Shown here piece by piece: positions 36,600-49,987 of a DNA stretch of 64,000 nucleotides (position 1 is the first letter of the stretch; each line of letters starts with the position of its first letter). The DNA is taken from assembly GCA_030390025.1 (NCBI GenBank), contig JASTWF010000036.1:2606001-2670000 (forward strand), written 5' to 3'. Below the pieces are notes generated by a model. It saw only the letters and a list, made by a program, of their open reading frames with translations, did not search any database and was not told the origin of the DNA. Both the position numbers and the translations under genes were made by a program. The stretch comes from Squalus acanthias (Eukaryota).

Positions 36600-38680
36600 G
36601 AAGCTACAACACAACACTACCTGCATGCTAAACACCAAAAGCTGGAAGCTATAGACAGAACTAAGTAAATCCCACAACCAATGGAAGAGAGCGAAGCTCT
36701 GTAGCCCTACCTCATCCAGTGGAGAATGGTGGTGGACAATCAGACAACTAATGGGAGGATGAGGCCCCATTGAACATCTCCATCTTCAACTATGGTAGAG
36801 CCCAGCATGCGAGTGCAAATGACAAGGCTGAGTTATTTGCAAGCAACTTCAGCCAAACGTGCAAGTGGACGATCCCATTCAGCCTTCTCCCAAGATCCCT
36901 ACAATCATAAAGGCCAATGTCCAGCCAATTCAGTTTTCTCTTTGTGACAAAGAAGTGGCTGAGTACACTGAACAGAGTGAAGGCAATGGGCCCTGATAGC
37001 ATCCTAGCTGTAGTGCACACCGGAACTAGACAACTCCTGAGCCAAGCTGTTCCAGCACAGCCATGACATTGGTATCTACCTGACAATGTAGTAAACTGCC
37101 CATGTATGTCCTATTCACTCAGCTCCAGACCTTGTCACAGCTTTGATTCAGACATGGATGCAAGAGCTGAATGCCAGAGGAGAGGTGAGAGTAGCTGCCC
37201 TCGACATAAAAGCAGCAGTGGACAAAGTATGGCATCAAGGAGCCCAAGGAAAACTGAGGTCAGTGGGGGGTCACTGAGAAAACACTTCAGTGGCTGGAGC
37301 TATACCTAACACACAGATAGATAGCCTTGGTTGTCAAAGGCCAATCATTGCAACCACAGGACATCACTGCCAGAATTTCAGAACCATCTTCAGCTGCTTC
37401 GTCGATGATATTCCCTCTGTTATCAGATCAGGAGTGGGGTTGTGCACTGTGATTCCAGTGTTCAGCTCCATTCACAACTTCTCTGACAATGAGAAAGCCC
37501 ATGCCAACATTCAGACTTGGGCTGACAAGCGGCAGGTAACATTTGTGCCATGTAATGACCATCTCCAACAAGAAAAGGCCCAAGCCTCTCCCCTTCACCT
37601 TCAGTGGCACCAGCATTGCCGAGTCCCCCACCATTACCAATGACCAGAACCTTAACTGGACCAGCCGTATCAACACTCTGGCTACAAGAGCAGGGGAGAG
37701 GCTGCGTAGTCTGCGACAAGTGGCTCACCTCCTGACCCTCAAAGCCTCTCCACTTTCTACAAGTCTCATGTCAGGGGTGTGATGGAATATGCACCACTCG
37801 CCTGGATGGGTGCAACTGCAAAAGAACTAAAGATGCTTAATAGTAAAAAGAACAATGTAGTCCACTTGATTGGTACCCCTGCCACTGAACTCAATATCAC
37901 CTCCTCCAGCACTGCTGCACTGTGGCTGCAGTATGTATTAACTACAGGATGCATTACAAAAACTCATCAAGGTTATTTCAACAGCGTCTCCTTGGCCCAT
38001 GATCCCCACTTAAAAAAAAGACTTCCATTTATATAGCGCCTTTCATGACCTCAGAATGTCCCAAAGCGCTTTACAGCCAATGAGGGGCTTTTGAAATGTA
38101 GTCACTGTTGTAATGTAGGAAACACAGCAGCCAATTTGCGCACAGCAAGCTCCCACAAACAGCAATGTGATAATGACCAGATAATCTGTTTTAGTGATGT
38201 TGGTTGAGGGATAAATATTGGCCACGATAAATATTGGATAACTCCCCTGCTCTTCTTCGAATAGTGCCATGGGTTCTTTTACGTCCACCTGAGAGAGCAG
38301 ACGGGGCCTCGGTTTAACGTCTCATCCGAAAGACAGCGCAGCAGTCCCTCAGTACTGCACTGGAGTGTCAGCCTAGATTTTTGTGTCAAGTCCCTGGAGT
38401 GGAACTATGAACCCACAACCTTCTGACTCAGAGGCAAGAGTGCTATCCACTGAGCAACGGCTGCAAGGGCTGCAATTTAATGGTACCAGAATCACCTCCA
38501 AGTTCCCCTCCAAGTCGCACACCATTCCAGACTTGGACATATAGCGCTGTTCCTTCATTCCCAACTTAGCACCATCACTACAAGAAATGCTGTGGTTTAG
38601 GGGAAGGCTCACCATCACCATTTCAGGACATCCAGGGATGAGCAATTAATGTGGCTTTGCCCACATCCCAAGAGAAAGTT
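36600..38680 (+). mobile_element. Older, internally deleted copy of the same LINE family as 32089-34499, interrupted by a SINE
   Basis: Collinear blocks such as GAATGGTGGTGGAC, GAGTCCCCCACCAT, AACTGGACCAGCC and CTCACCATCACCATTTC. Confidence 0.85.
38012..38462 (-). mobile_element. Full-length tRNA-headed Deu-domain SINE (SacSINE1/AmnSINE1-like)
   Basis: A-box-like TTGCTCAGTGG, B-box-like GGGTTCA, Deu core, and tail GGCGCTATATAAATGGAAGTCTTTT. Confidence 0.9.
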
Positions 38681-39349
38681 AAAAAATACGCTGTATAAAA
38701 AAAAAGAGAATAAGCACGTAAATTGTAGGGGAAATAAAAATCACAAAAAATTGCCCATATTCCAATACCTCAAATACTTCACCCACACAAGCCTCCTCTC
38801 TTTCTCAAGAACTTTTTTGCTCCATTCCTAGAGATTAGTTCATTCAGCTGAACCTTGGCTCCAAATAATTTTCTGATCTCTGTGTCTCTGCTTTCGCAGT
38901 GCCCTTCAGTTTTCTGCGGTCCTCCAGGTAAGCACAATGTGTCATACCTTCCTGTAAGTACTGTCATTCTCTACAATCTACATCATGGTGATCACCCTCC
39001 TTGACTTGGCTTACGACTATGAGCTTTGGAATGTGGGTGATGCTGGCAAGGCTACATTTATTGCCCTAATTGCCCTGAAATGATGGTAGTGGCTTTCTCC
39101 TGGTGTTAAATAAAGAATTAACTTTGTTTACAGCTGTGTGGCCACTTCAGAGGGCATTAATAGTCAGCCATATAGTGTGGGACTGGAGTCACATATAGGC
39201 CAGACTAACAGACATTAGTGAATCAATTGGGTTTTATGACAATCATTTTTTTCTGGTGCCATCCAAGAAATTACTCGATTTACTGAATTTAAATGGTGGG
39301 ATTGGAACTCATGACCTCTGGGCTGCTAGTCCAGTACCATAACCACTCG

Positions 39350-42050
39350 GCTCTCATTTTCTCTGTCCTCCCTTCTTGATTACTTCAACCTACGCCTAAA
39401 CTCTTCTTGCCGCCTGTCTTCTGACATCCTACCTTCCTTAGCCTCATTCAATCTAACCCTCCATGTAAACTCCCTCACCAACACTGACTCCCTCGTCATT
39501 CCTCATGGTCTCTCTACCCCTAAGGTCTCAATAACCAACAAGCCTACCTCCAACCACTTCCTTATCGTCCTCTCCACCCATTCGCACCTGCCCTCCCATA
39601 ACCTTCCTCATCCACCAGTGGAACAAACTTTCCCTCACTAACTCACTCTCAATTCCCTCTCTTCTGGTTGTCAATCCACCACAACACCTTGGCCACCATT
39701 GACTCACTTAACTACGCTCTCACCTCCACCTTTGACATCTTTGTTCCCACCAAATCACTCATGTTCTCCCACCCCTGCTTTTCCCGATACAGTTCCCGAT
39801 CCGTGCTCTCAGACCAATGGTTGCAAATTCGAGCACACATGGCGCACAAGTGGTCTTCTCGTCCAAGCCCCACCCTCTGTAGACAAATCCCCCTTTTACT
39901 CCAGCATCAGCCTGGAGCATTTGAACATCCCATGGCAAATTTTCTCCATGACGAACTGCCTTATCAAACCCCTTTCCTCTTCCCCCTCTACCAAATGTGA
40001 AGAGCTCATGAACCTCTTCACCTATAAGATCGAGACCGTTTGTGCAGCTGCTTCCTCCCCTTCTCCCATCCACTCTAGCCCCAATCCCTCAACACTCTAC
40101 AGTTGCTGCCCATCTCCCTTCCATGTTCATCTCTTCATGTAGCTGCTGTTAATGGCTCCCGTTCCTCAAACACCATCCCTGTCTCTTTAAGAACAGTCAT
40201 TATCACACTTTCCTCAAAAAATCCTTTGACCCCCCCTCATGCACTCCAACTACCATTCCATGTCTTAGCTGCCTTTCCTGTCTTGAACACATCATTGTCT
40301 CCCAGCTACATACTCATCTCTCTCAAAATTCTTTGTTTTAACCCCTCCTATTTGGCTTCCATGCTTCTCGCAGCACTGTGATGGCCCTGGCCAAAGTCAT
40401 GACTGACATTTGCTGTGACAATGATGTGATGCATATCTCTCCTTGTCCTTCAGTATGATACCAGGGATGAGGAAGTATAATTATGAGAAAAGACTTGAGA
40501 TACTGGGTCTATTTTTACTGGAGCACACGAGATTTAATATAGGGTTTTAAAATTATGAAGCCTTTTGATTGGAGCAATAGGAAAAGAGGTTAGATGAATA
40601 GGGGTTATTTAAAATTGCCACTCAGAGTGAGCAGAGAGGTTAGAACAAATATCTTTAAACAGAGGTTTGTTGGAGCATGGAATGCTTTGCCACAGGGAGT
40701 AGTTGAGGCAGAGACTAATGTATCTTTTAAGGGAAAAGTAGATAAATATTTGAAGCAGAGGAGGATACAGGGCTATAGGGAAAGAGCAGGACAGTGGAAT
40801 TAGCTTCAGATTGCTCTATCAAAGTGCTGGCACAGACACAATGAGCTAAATACATTCCTTTTGTGCTGTAAACTTGTAAGCTTCCTCTACCTCTCCACAG
40901 TGTTTGATACAGTTGACCACACCATCCTCATCTATCGTCTGGCTGTCGTCCATCTCCTTGGAACTATCCTGGTGTGCTTCCACTCCTCCCTGTTCAAGCA
41001 TAGCCACTGCATCTCCAGCAGTGACTTCTCTTCACACCCCTGCACCATCACTTCTGGAACACTTCAAGGATCTAACCCTTAACCCAGTCCTCTTCCTCAA
41101 CCATATGCTGCTCCTTGGTGACATCATCTACCGGCATACGGTCAGCTTCCATTTGTATGCTGACGACACCCAAATTGACTTCTCTTGACCCCATGACCAC
41201 TTCCATTCGATCAAATTGACATCAAGCCACAGATGAGTCAGTCTCCAATTGAACATTGGGAAAACCAATGGCTTCGCTGTTGGCCTCTGCCACAAAAGTC
41301 ATTCCCTGTCACTGACTCCACCCTCTCCCTGGGCACTCACCAAGCTTATGCAAAAATTTAGCATCCCGTTCAAGCCAGAACTGAGCTTCAAATCCTACAT
41401 CCTATCCATTACCAAGACCGCTTACTTTCACTTTCACAACATCACCTGTCTCCTCCCCTACTTCAGCCCTCTGCCACCGAAACCCTTAGCCACGCTTTTG
41501 TCGCCTCTAGACTTGATTTATTTGATGTCCTCTTTGCTGACCTCTCTCCTCCACCCTCAAACAACTCAAACTTATCCAAAATGCAGCATATTGAATCCTA
41601 TCCGGCACTAAGTCCTGATCGTCAATTACCTCCAAACTAGCTCCCTGTCCCTCGATGAATTAAATTTTAAATCTTTATCCTCACCTTTCAATCACTCCAT
41701 GGCCTCATCCTGCCCTAACTCTGGAACCTCCTCCATCCTCAAATTGCCTCCTCTACCTTTAGCTTCTTTGACTTTGGCCTTTTGTGCAATCCCCTCCCTT
41801 AGCCCCACTATTGGTGACAGAGCCTTCAGCTGCCATAGCCCTACTACCTGGAACGCCCTTCCAAAACCCCATCCATATTTCCTCTTCTCTCTCCACCTTT
41901 AAAAACCTACTCAAAATCCATCTTTGTGACCAAGCTTTCAGTGATCCTTCCTAATCTCTCCCTCCCTGGCTCAGTGTCTATTCCTCTATTTATCTCCATA
42001 CCTTAGGACTTCACTTTAAACATACAATATAAATGCAAGTTGTTGTTGCA
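39350..42050 (+). mobile_element. Decayed L2 LINE, interrupted by a CR1 fragment
   Basis: C/T-rich strand; motifs L.LS.VFDTVDH.IL, FHLYADDTQI, GDRAFS..WN.LP; tail ATATAAATGCAAGTTGTTGTTG at about 42028-42049. Confidence 0.85.
40452..40878 (+). mobile_element. CR1 3' fragment inserted into the L2
   Basis: MIPGMR..NYE.RLE.LGL and FKQRFVGAWNALPQGVVEAET motifs; the L2 frame (LL.L | LYLSTVFD) resumes after it. Confidence 0.8.
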
Positions 42051-43234
42051 TGTACTTTTATTTAGCACATAATAAAATATACAGACCCTGAATTTTCTAG
42101 TCTTTTCTGATGTAAAGAAATGCCATATTTGGGGCAGGCAGAAATTAATTTTGGTGTGGAACACAGTTCTGCCAGGTTTCTACCCAGTTTTGTGGCCATC
42201 TGAATTTTCGCCAGTAGTGGGGGTGGGCGCTTCTTGCATCTGCCCACGTCCATGCGGACAGCACAAAGAGGTAGGACTGGTGAGATGACATCATCTGTCA
42301 AACTTCCCACTGGTTGAACTTCAAGTAGCCCCCACTGTAATGTCTGACTGCATAAAGTAGGCATACTTACCTGCCCGGTCATGATCCTGGCAGAACTAGG
42401 GCCACTTGCAATTTAAAAGACCAGATTCCTCACTGCAAATTCAAAAAACAGGGCACTTGAAATACTTTTAAATATCTTGGGCCAGCACGCTGCAATAAAG
42501 TATCACAGCAAAATATCTTCCCCTGTGTTCCCCCCACTGCCTGCTGAGATAGGCACCCCAGTTGCGACGAAAATGGCATGGATGACTGTCGTCATTATAC
42601 CAATGTCCCTGGCCCTAGGAGTTCGGACGGGGTCAGCGATGTAACGCTGCAGTGGATGGAAGGTGCGCCTCGCCATAGTTACAATAGTGGATCAGGATTA
42701 TTTGGCAGCTCTCTCAAACAGCTATCCACTTAGTCCAAAATCATAAATTCAAAAATAATACTTATTGTCTTTGGGGATAATTCCAAAACATCCCAGGCTA
42801 TGATTGATTCTCAAGAGATGATGCCATTATCTGTCTGAGGAGGAAGAAGATGGACATCACCAGAAAGCCTGAGGATGATGAAACCTTATTTGCAGGATTC
42901 TCCACAGTACAAAAGGAAGACTTGATCCTTGTACCTACAAATCATAACCTGATGTATCAGCCAAGGTGTCATTAGCTGTCCTCTCAAACTACCACCTAAC
43001 ATCTTGAGACAACATTAGATAGAGTTCAGAGCACCAGCTTCTACCAGTGAAGATAACTCCTTGTATCACAATATATAAGTTCATCTGAAACAGTTTTTGA
43101 GCAGTATGGACTCCATGTGAAGCTTTGAAAACACAGTATTGTTTTCTGAGAGATTAGCATGCAGCCTTAGTCATGGTAAAAGGTTGAGTGGAAACTCTTT
43201 GTGACATGCATACTTTGCCATTTACTTGGCATAG

Positions 43235-43465
43235 AGAAAGCCTTGCAAGCCTCATCTTGCTAGACTTCCTGAGGCTATTAAACTTTTTCCTCATCTGCTC
43301 TCTTGCCTGAGTGTTGGACACTTCCCAAGCAGAGTGCATACTTCTCCTGTGGGGAGGGTACCCTGGAGACCCAAGCAGGACAACCCTCCCCTTCACTTCC
43401 TGCAAGAACACACCCAATGCAGCATCTGTAAAGGAAGGTGCTCTGCAACATTCTCCAGCCATCTG
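43235..43465 (-). pseudogene. Remnant of a Harbinger Myb/SANT-like DNA-binding protein gene
   Basis: RAPSFTDAALGVFLQEVKGRVVLLG...PP...AWEVS...REQMRKKFNSL matches the trihelix Myb/SANT pattern (R.P.F....L..EV..R..L ... AW..V ... Q.RKKF..L). Confidence 0.7.
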
Positions 43466-43829
43466 TGTTCTTTTCTGCAGCAAAACTTGCTAGAGTACAT
43501 AAATACACATTTCTATAAATAGCAGCCACCACCTTTTAAGAGCTGCAGCTGCATACAATTTCCTGACCCATGCTGGCAGCGAGCTCTCTCTGGCAAGCCC
43601 ATGCCAGGTTGGGAGCTCCCTATGAATCTGCAATCAGATTGACCTTGAGAAATGGAAAGGTCAACCATGTGTGATTTCTTGCCACACTTTGAGCCCACTG
43701 GTTCAGCACCAGGACCAAAAAATATATCGTATGATAAAGACTCAAGACAGTGAGTCCAAATGTTCTGGAAGAAGCTCTACAGAGTACCGATGACAGAAAC
43801 CTAATTTATCTTGTATAATCTGCTATTGA

Positions 43830-44010
43830 TCACTATCCAATAACTCCTGCTGGAAAGCATGCACATGTCATTGGGTGAGGATAAGATCAATCCTGTTGAC
43901 ACTCACTGTCCAGGCTCACATATGAAGAATGGCCTTGGATGAGGAACAGAAGGGCAGAAAGGCCCATGGCATTATAACCCAACATGAGTGAACACCTTCA
44001 GGAGAGGAGA
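43830..44010 (+). mobile_element. LF-SINE-like 3' fragment
   Basis: CCTGCTGGAAAGCATG...GGGTGAGGATAAGATC...GACACTCACTGTCCAGGCTCACATATGAAGAATGGCC. Confidence 0.75.
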
Positions 44011-44116
44011 AACAATCTAGCTGCATGATGTATCACCACTTACTGGTAGCTAGGTTGGTGTGCAAGTTGTGCACGTCTGTCACTGTGCATCTGCTCCTTC
44101 AATTTCCATCAACTCA

Positions 44117-44458
44117 AGGCTAATTTTCAGCTTGTACAGCAAGGTGGGACATTGTGGTCACAATCCCAACCTGCAGAAAGGCCTCGATGGTCAAGCGTAG
44201 GTGGCAAATGCACATCTCCTGTGGCATGCCCAAGTAGCTCTGGTGAGATCTGTGAACATACAAATTTGGGTAACGGTGGGTCTGTGCAGAGACCTAGGCA
44301 CACCAGCAACATGCGCCATCAGTACAGTCCAGCTGGAAAATACCAGGCAACTGGTGTGCCTTCAAGGCAATGGCTCCCGATGGCCCCTCCTCCGCCACCC
44401 GCCCCTCAACACTGTCGCGTGTATACACAACTGGCACACAGCATTGGAAAATTTCCCC
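44117..44458. mobile_element. Short Harbinger-type MITE (342 bp), putative TSD TCA
   Basis: AGGCTAATTTTC ... GAAAATTTCCCC imperfect TIRs, with TCA at 44114-44116 and 44459-44461. Confidence 0.55.
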
Positions 44459-46264
44459 TCATTTTTCTATATGGCTGGGAAAGTTTGCACTGAGTCAAAG
44501 GGATTAAAGGAACAGACAGAGCACTGTAAATGGAGCACCTGTGGATATGTGGCTAAGATTATTTTAACCCAGAAAATTAGAAGAGGTCCTGAAAAGAGAA
44601 TATCTTCAAGCTCATCCCAGGATGGTTTTGAAGCCAAGCACTAAACCAAACGAAATAATTCTCAATGAGACACTGGTAATTTAAATAGAGTTGGGTTTTC
44701 TCTGGCTGTAATTTCACTGGTTAGTATTTTAGAAAATGTGTCGCTTCCATCTTCCTTGGTCACTTTTTAGGTAGTTAGTTACAGATATGACCTCTGTGGT
44801 GATGAGTGGAGCCAATATATGGTCCTGAAGATGGAAGAGATGTGTCCTTTGGAAGCCCAACTAGTGTGTCAGGACAGTATGGTAATAGAAAACCTATCTA
44901 TATACTTGTGAGCACTTCATTTCAATACTGTAATGAATTTAATTAAGAGACAATGCAATTTGCTATCCAGTTAGGATGGAATTGTGCTGTCCACTCTTCT
45001 TGCAGATGAAGCTGGCACACAAGAGGGACACAACCGGAATAGGTGGTCCTGTCATTCTACTGAAATTGACACCATCAAAACAGGCAGGAACGCAGCAGTA
45101 GGTCAGCACTACTGTTGCACTCTATTTTGGTCCTGCTACTGCCCCATTTCTAAGCGCAAATGGGGTGGTAGGGACACGAAAATCACCCCCGCTTTGCCCC
45201 ACCCCCCAGTTTCTACTCGTGGGACTGGGTTAGCACACCACCAAATAACCTTTGCTGCCTTGGTTTAAATCCAGCTCTGGCTAATGAGATGATAACCTTG
45301 TCTATTTGGTGACTGGAAGAGTCCTGTGTGAAATGCATCTGGGCTGTCTCAGACCTGGCCCACAATACAAAACTACCTCAGTTTCACAATAACTGTTAAT
45401 CTTCTTCAGAAATGTCACAAAAAATGGCTGGTGTGGGAAATAGGAGATGGCACAATTTTGCAGTAGAGAGGTGATCCTCTGAGTTTGGAGTTAAAAATAA
45501 ATTTATAGGGTAGTGTAGAGGAAGATTTACTCTTCATTTGGCTCTGCTGTACCTGATCTGGGAGTACTTGATGCAGACACGATGCCTGAAGTGGGAAAAT
45601 ATTCCATTCCCCAGCACTAATATTTCTCACATATGAGAACATCTTTTTACACAATATATGTGGCCTTGAGCAATCTAATAATTGGTATATATATGTGGAA
45701 TTTACTCTACATACGCAAAATAAGACTCAACTCCAACTAATTTCCATCAGCAGCAACAATAAAGGAAAAAAAAACTATACTCTCGCTGGCAGTGAACGCT
45801 AGCTATAACCATAGCAACCCCATCCCAATAACTGCCACTAAGGATTCTGGGGTAGCAAAAATAAATCTAGCTTGTGGTACACAGTTAACCCAAAAATGAA
45901 AAAAAAAGCTCACAAATCATTTCCTAATTAAAAATTAAACAATTGACCACATCAATAAAAATCCTGCCCACCAAATCCACATCCTAATAACCACCAGTGC
46001 ACACATTCACTACATGCTCTTCAATAACCAAATGCCAATTGACAACACCATGCACAATAGTTATAACTACCCTTAAGCATTCTGAACCACCCCTCCACAA
46101 AAATAGGACAATGTAAAGATGGTTTCTGAATGGAACTTGTCTACTTATGAAGGATACTGCATAGCTCACTCACAGAAAAACATCACATCCTGCGTTCCTC
46201 TCCTGAAAGCATTCATACCCTCGAGGGTACCCCTGACCTGGACAGTGTGAAGTTAAAATTGCCC

Positions 46265-46822
46265 AGGCCTAATTTTCATGCCGCCAGCCAGCTGCCTGCC
46301 TGAAATGAACAGAAAGTGATAGCATGCTGGCGGGTGGGTGTGGAAATTCGGGTGGCAGGAGGCCGCCGGCAAAAAGGTAAGTTGTGGGGAACGGGGTTTT
46401 GGGAATGTCTTGTGAGAGGGAACATGGGGAGCCTGAGGCACAGGAGACCCAAGCTTTCCTCGTGGGGCCCAGAGGAGCATGCTTGCTCCTCCTGACACCA
46501 AAAGGAAAGTAAAACATTTTTTTTAACTTAAATGGCCTCTTTTGGTCCGAGATCGTCTTCCCGCTGTCGTCACCAGGCAGGAAAGCCACAACGGCCTCTC
46601 CGCTCAGGCCACAGTTAAAACTACAGTCAGGGCCCGATGACATCATATCTAAAGCAGGACCTCACCAGCTTCAAGTGGATGCCTTTGCCACCTGCTCAGA
46701 AGAGCAGGTTAAAATTGAAGACGGCGGGAGCCAGGTGGTACAGCAGCGGGCAAAGTCCTCCAATCGATTTTAACTGCCCACCCGCCTGGTTTCCACCCGG
46801 TGCGTAGTGTTAAAAATCGCCC
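46265..46822. mobile_element. Harbinger-type MITE
   Basis: AGGCCTAATTTT ... AAAAATCGCCCC termini; repeated TTAAAAT and GGCGGG subterminal motifs; GC-rich. Confidence 0.6.
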
Positions 46823-47804
46823 CTGCAGTTTCTATTTATTCTGCATGGAAACACTGATGTATTTAGATTTTTGAAATCTGAAAATAGAATTTTAAAAAAA
46901 CAAATGTTCATATGTGCACTAATACCACTATTGAGAGGGTCAGAAATATTGATAGAAAATATTACGTATTAATAGTCTCCCAACTGCATGTGTACATGAC
47001 CTACATATCTCTCCTATTCAGTGTAGGAATGAGATAGCTTACTCCAGTCTTATCTCTTAAATCATCCTGGGAGGCAACTATAACCTGCAGCTTACATCAA
47101 GGAATTAATTTCCTCCAGTTGCACATTTGTTAACCTCTTCGCATAAAATTTATTTTATTTCAAAAGGGTTAATGACTGTATTAAAACAGTCAGTTTTTAC
47201 ACTGACATGTTAACTAATGCACTACCAGAGGAAATGAAACCCTCTAAAGGTGAAATTCATAATGAAAAACAGGATGCCTGTTTGCCTCCGTAATTAACAA
47301 CCCGTTAATAAAAACATACTCAAAATCATAAATTTCAGAGCTGCGTATTTCCATGATTTAATTAACAGGTCGTTAATTAAGGAGTAAGATAGGCACCCGC
47401 CCCCCCCCCCCCCCCCCCCCCACCATTTTGCGTTGGAAGAGGCTCTTTTAAGTAGTTGTATGGATAACAACACACCAGCACAAAGCCTGGCGTGTAAATT
47501 CAATTTTGGCCAGGCAATAACGCAGAGCATTTCTGATGAAGGATGGCGCCCAAAAGGTAAAACTATCTTGTGCTTTCAGATGCTGACCAGCCATTTTTAT
47601 TTCAGATTTTCAATGATCAGTCTTCTTCTTTGTTTCAGCAATTGGAAGTTTGTTGCTTTACAAAGATCAGATCGTGACATTTTGGTGATTTATGTTCTGC
47701 AAATTACTGAACTTGTACCTCATTTTTTCAGTTTCTCTCTTCTGCTCTTGAAGGGTCTGACTCATGCTGACGTACAGTTGTACAGGACCAACAGTTCTCA
47801 TGTC

Positions 47805-48015
47805 CCTTGCCACAGTGGTCATTCTTCATGTGTGAGCCTAGAAAGTGGATGTGGGGGATATCACAGGTGAGCCTGATGTTGTTCTCACAAAACATTCACA
47901 GGCATAATATTCAGCATGGATAATCGAATGGGAATCAGGCACGGCAACTCTAGTTGGCTTTTATTCCCCTCACTCACCTTGGGACACAGAGGTCAAATGT
48001 AACAACCCCATGACC
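47805..48015 (-). mobile_element. LF-SINE-like fragment
   Basis: GTGGTCATTCTTCATGTGTGAGCCTAG is the reverse complement of the CTAGGCTCACACATGAAGAATG block. Confidence 0.65.
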
Positions 48016-48950
48016 AGCCCTGCATATTTTTATATTTTAACTCTACCTACCAATTATTTTGAAATACAAATGGATAGCTACATAGTTGCAGTGTGTGATT
48101 TGTTACTATTGAGTAATTGGCATTTTCACAGCCTCCAGGACTTTTTATGCAAAGTTGCGGTACTCGGGTAACAAATTGCACTTCACGCGTTAATGTAGAA
48201 ATTCATCCAATTTTTCCACAATGTTGTGTTGAACCAAATCACTTGCCCGAGACCCGGGATGGTGGAGCTAAACAGGGAATTGGAAGATAGTAATTTAATT
48301 GATTGGCTCTGAAGCCTTTATCAGCTTCACTTTTAGACATGTATTATTCTTCATCTTTTGTAGTTTTATAGTTATTGTAGTTATTTTTTGCATTATGCAG
48401 GACTGTACTCCAGTAGTGGCATTATCTGGGTGAAAAGGTAATGAAGATGAATAGAAGTAGATGAAATCATGTCTGAACTGTGTCAGAATATGAAGATATG
48501 TGAAGAATCTATCTATATTTTCTCTTCAAAAATGGTTCTGCGGGTACAGTGCATCTTGCAGAGCTAGCCTCAATCCAATCTAAAAGGACTGTGAATTGTT
48601 CATCACAGCACAGGAACGTCCAGAGCTATGCCTGAATACGAATTCTATAATATATAGAATATGTACTAGAAAGCCTTCATGTGGAAAAAAACCTCAAAGT
48701 TTCCCCAAAGCTTATTAACATTCAATGTGACAAAAGTAGCAATGAGTCAAGTTCCTAGCACTTGAAACATTAAGATATTTTGCAAAATTAAATAACGCAT
48801 GTAAAATCAATACTGAACATTTATGTAGCTCTCTAGTCCTTCCAATACTTGCACATAATTAACGTAATATCAATTATTTCAGTAAGAAAGAGTTTGTGGC
48901 AGACCACTTGGGCTGGTCAGATGGACCACAGTAATCTTTTCTGGTCCTAT

Positions 48951-49243
48951 ATAGAAACATAGAAACATAGAAACTAGGAGCAGGAGTAGGCCATTCGGCC
49001 CGTCGAGCCTGCTCCACCATTCAATACGATCATGGCTGATCATCCAAATCCAGTACCCTGCCCCTGCTTTCTCACACAGAATCACCAACGAGCCTGCACC
49101 GACATATATCCCACCCTATCCCTGTAACCCCACGTATTTAATTCCCCCTAACAAATCCCATCCTATCCCCGTAACCCCACATATTTAATCCCCCCCTAAC
49201 ACTAAGGGTCAATTTATCATAGCCAAATCAACCTAACCCGCAT
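48951..49243 (-). mobile_element. HE1 SINE 3' fragment joined to a CR1 3'UTR and tail
   Basis: 48951-49070 is a CR1 3'UTR with (TTTCTATG)n, nearly identical to 26710-26810. 49075-49243 matches the HE1 copy at 53786-53895 with an internal duplication. Confidence 0.8.
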
Positions 49244-49439
49244 ATATTTCTATCTAGAACAGTGCTTTGAAGCAAGAAAAATTGAAAGGATTGAAGAATC
49301 ATTTTCAGACTCTCTGTGAACCTCCTCACATTTTTGGTAGAGGACCAAGAACAATCATCCTACCTCACCGCATGGATGGTATCGAGTGCAAGGAGACCAC
49401 ATTCTAAAAGGACGTGTTGACAATTTTACTAGACATAGA

Positions 49440-49845
49440 AAGAAAAAACTTGCATTTATCTAGGGCTTCACAGCCAATTAATTACTTTTGAAGTGTCGTC
49501 ACTGTTGTTTTGCTGGTAAATGCAACAACTAATTTGCATGTAGCAATGTCCCACATTCAGCAATGAGATGAATGACTAGTTCATTTATTTTTGGTGGTGT
49601 TGGCTGAGGGATGAATGTTAGCCAGGACACTGGAAGAACTCCCTGCTCCTCTTCCATTAATGCCATGGGTTTTTTTTTATCTCGACCTGAACAGACAGAA
49701 ATGGCCTCAGTTTAACATCTCATTTGAAAGACAACACCTCTGACAGTGCAGGACTCCCTCAGTACTGCACTGAAGTGTCAGCCTAGATTATGTGCTCAAT
49801 TCTCTGAAGTTGAGCTTCTGGCTCAGAGGTGAGAGTGAATAGAGA
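49440..49845 (-). mobile_element. Deu-domain SINE
   Basis: Collinear with 38012-38462. Confidence 0.8.
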
Positions 49846-49861
49846 ACAGAGAATAACAATG

Positions 49862-49987
49862 CAAAAAGAAAATACTGCAAATGCTGGAAATCTGAAATAA
49901 AAACAGAAAATGCTGGAGAAACTCAGCAGGTCAGGCAGCATCTGTGGAGAGAGAAACAGAGTTTCTCCAGCATTTTCTGTTTTTATT
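49862..49987. mobile_element. Fold-back Penelope pLTR mini-insertion with 14-bp TSD
   Basis: AATAAAAACAGAAAATGCTGGAGAAACTC ... GAGTTTCTCCAGCATTTTCTGTTTTTATT inverted arms; AGAGAATAACAATG at 49848-49861 and 49988-50001. Confidence 0.85.

Noticed and set aside
43702..43717. RE1-like TTCAGCACCAGGACCA
   Set aside because: The spacer is one base short, the right half is poor, and it sits at the edge of transposon-derived sequence.
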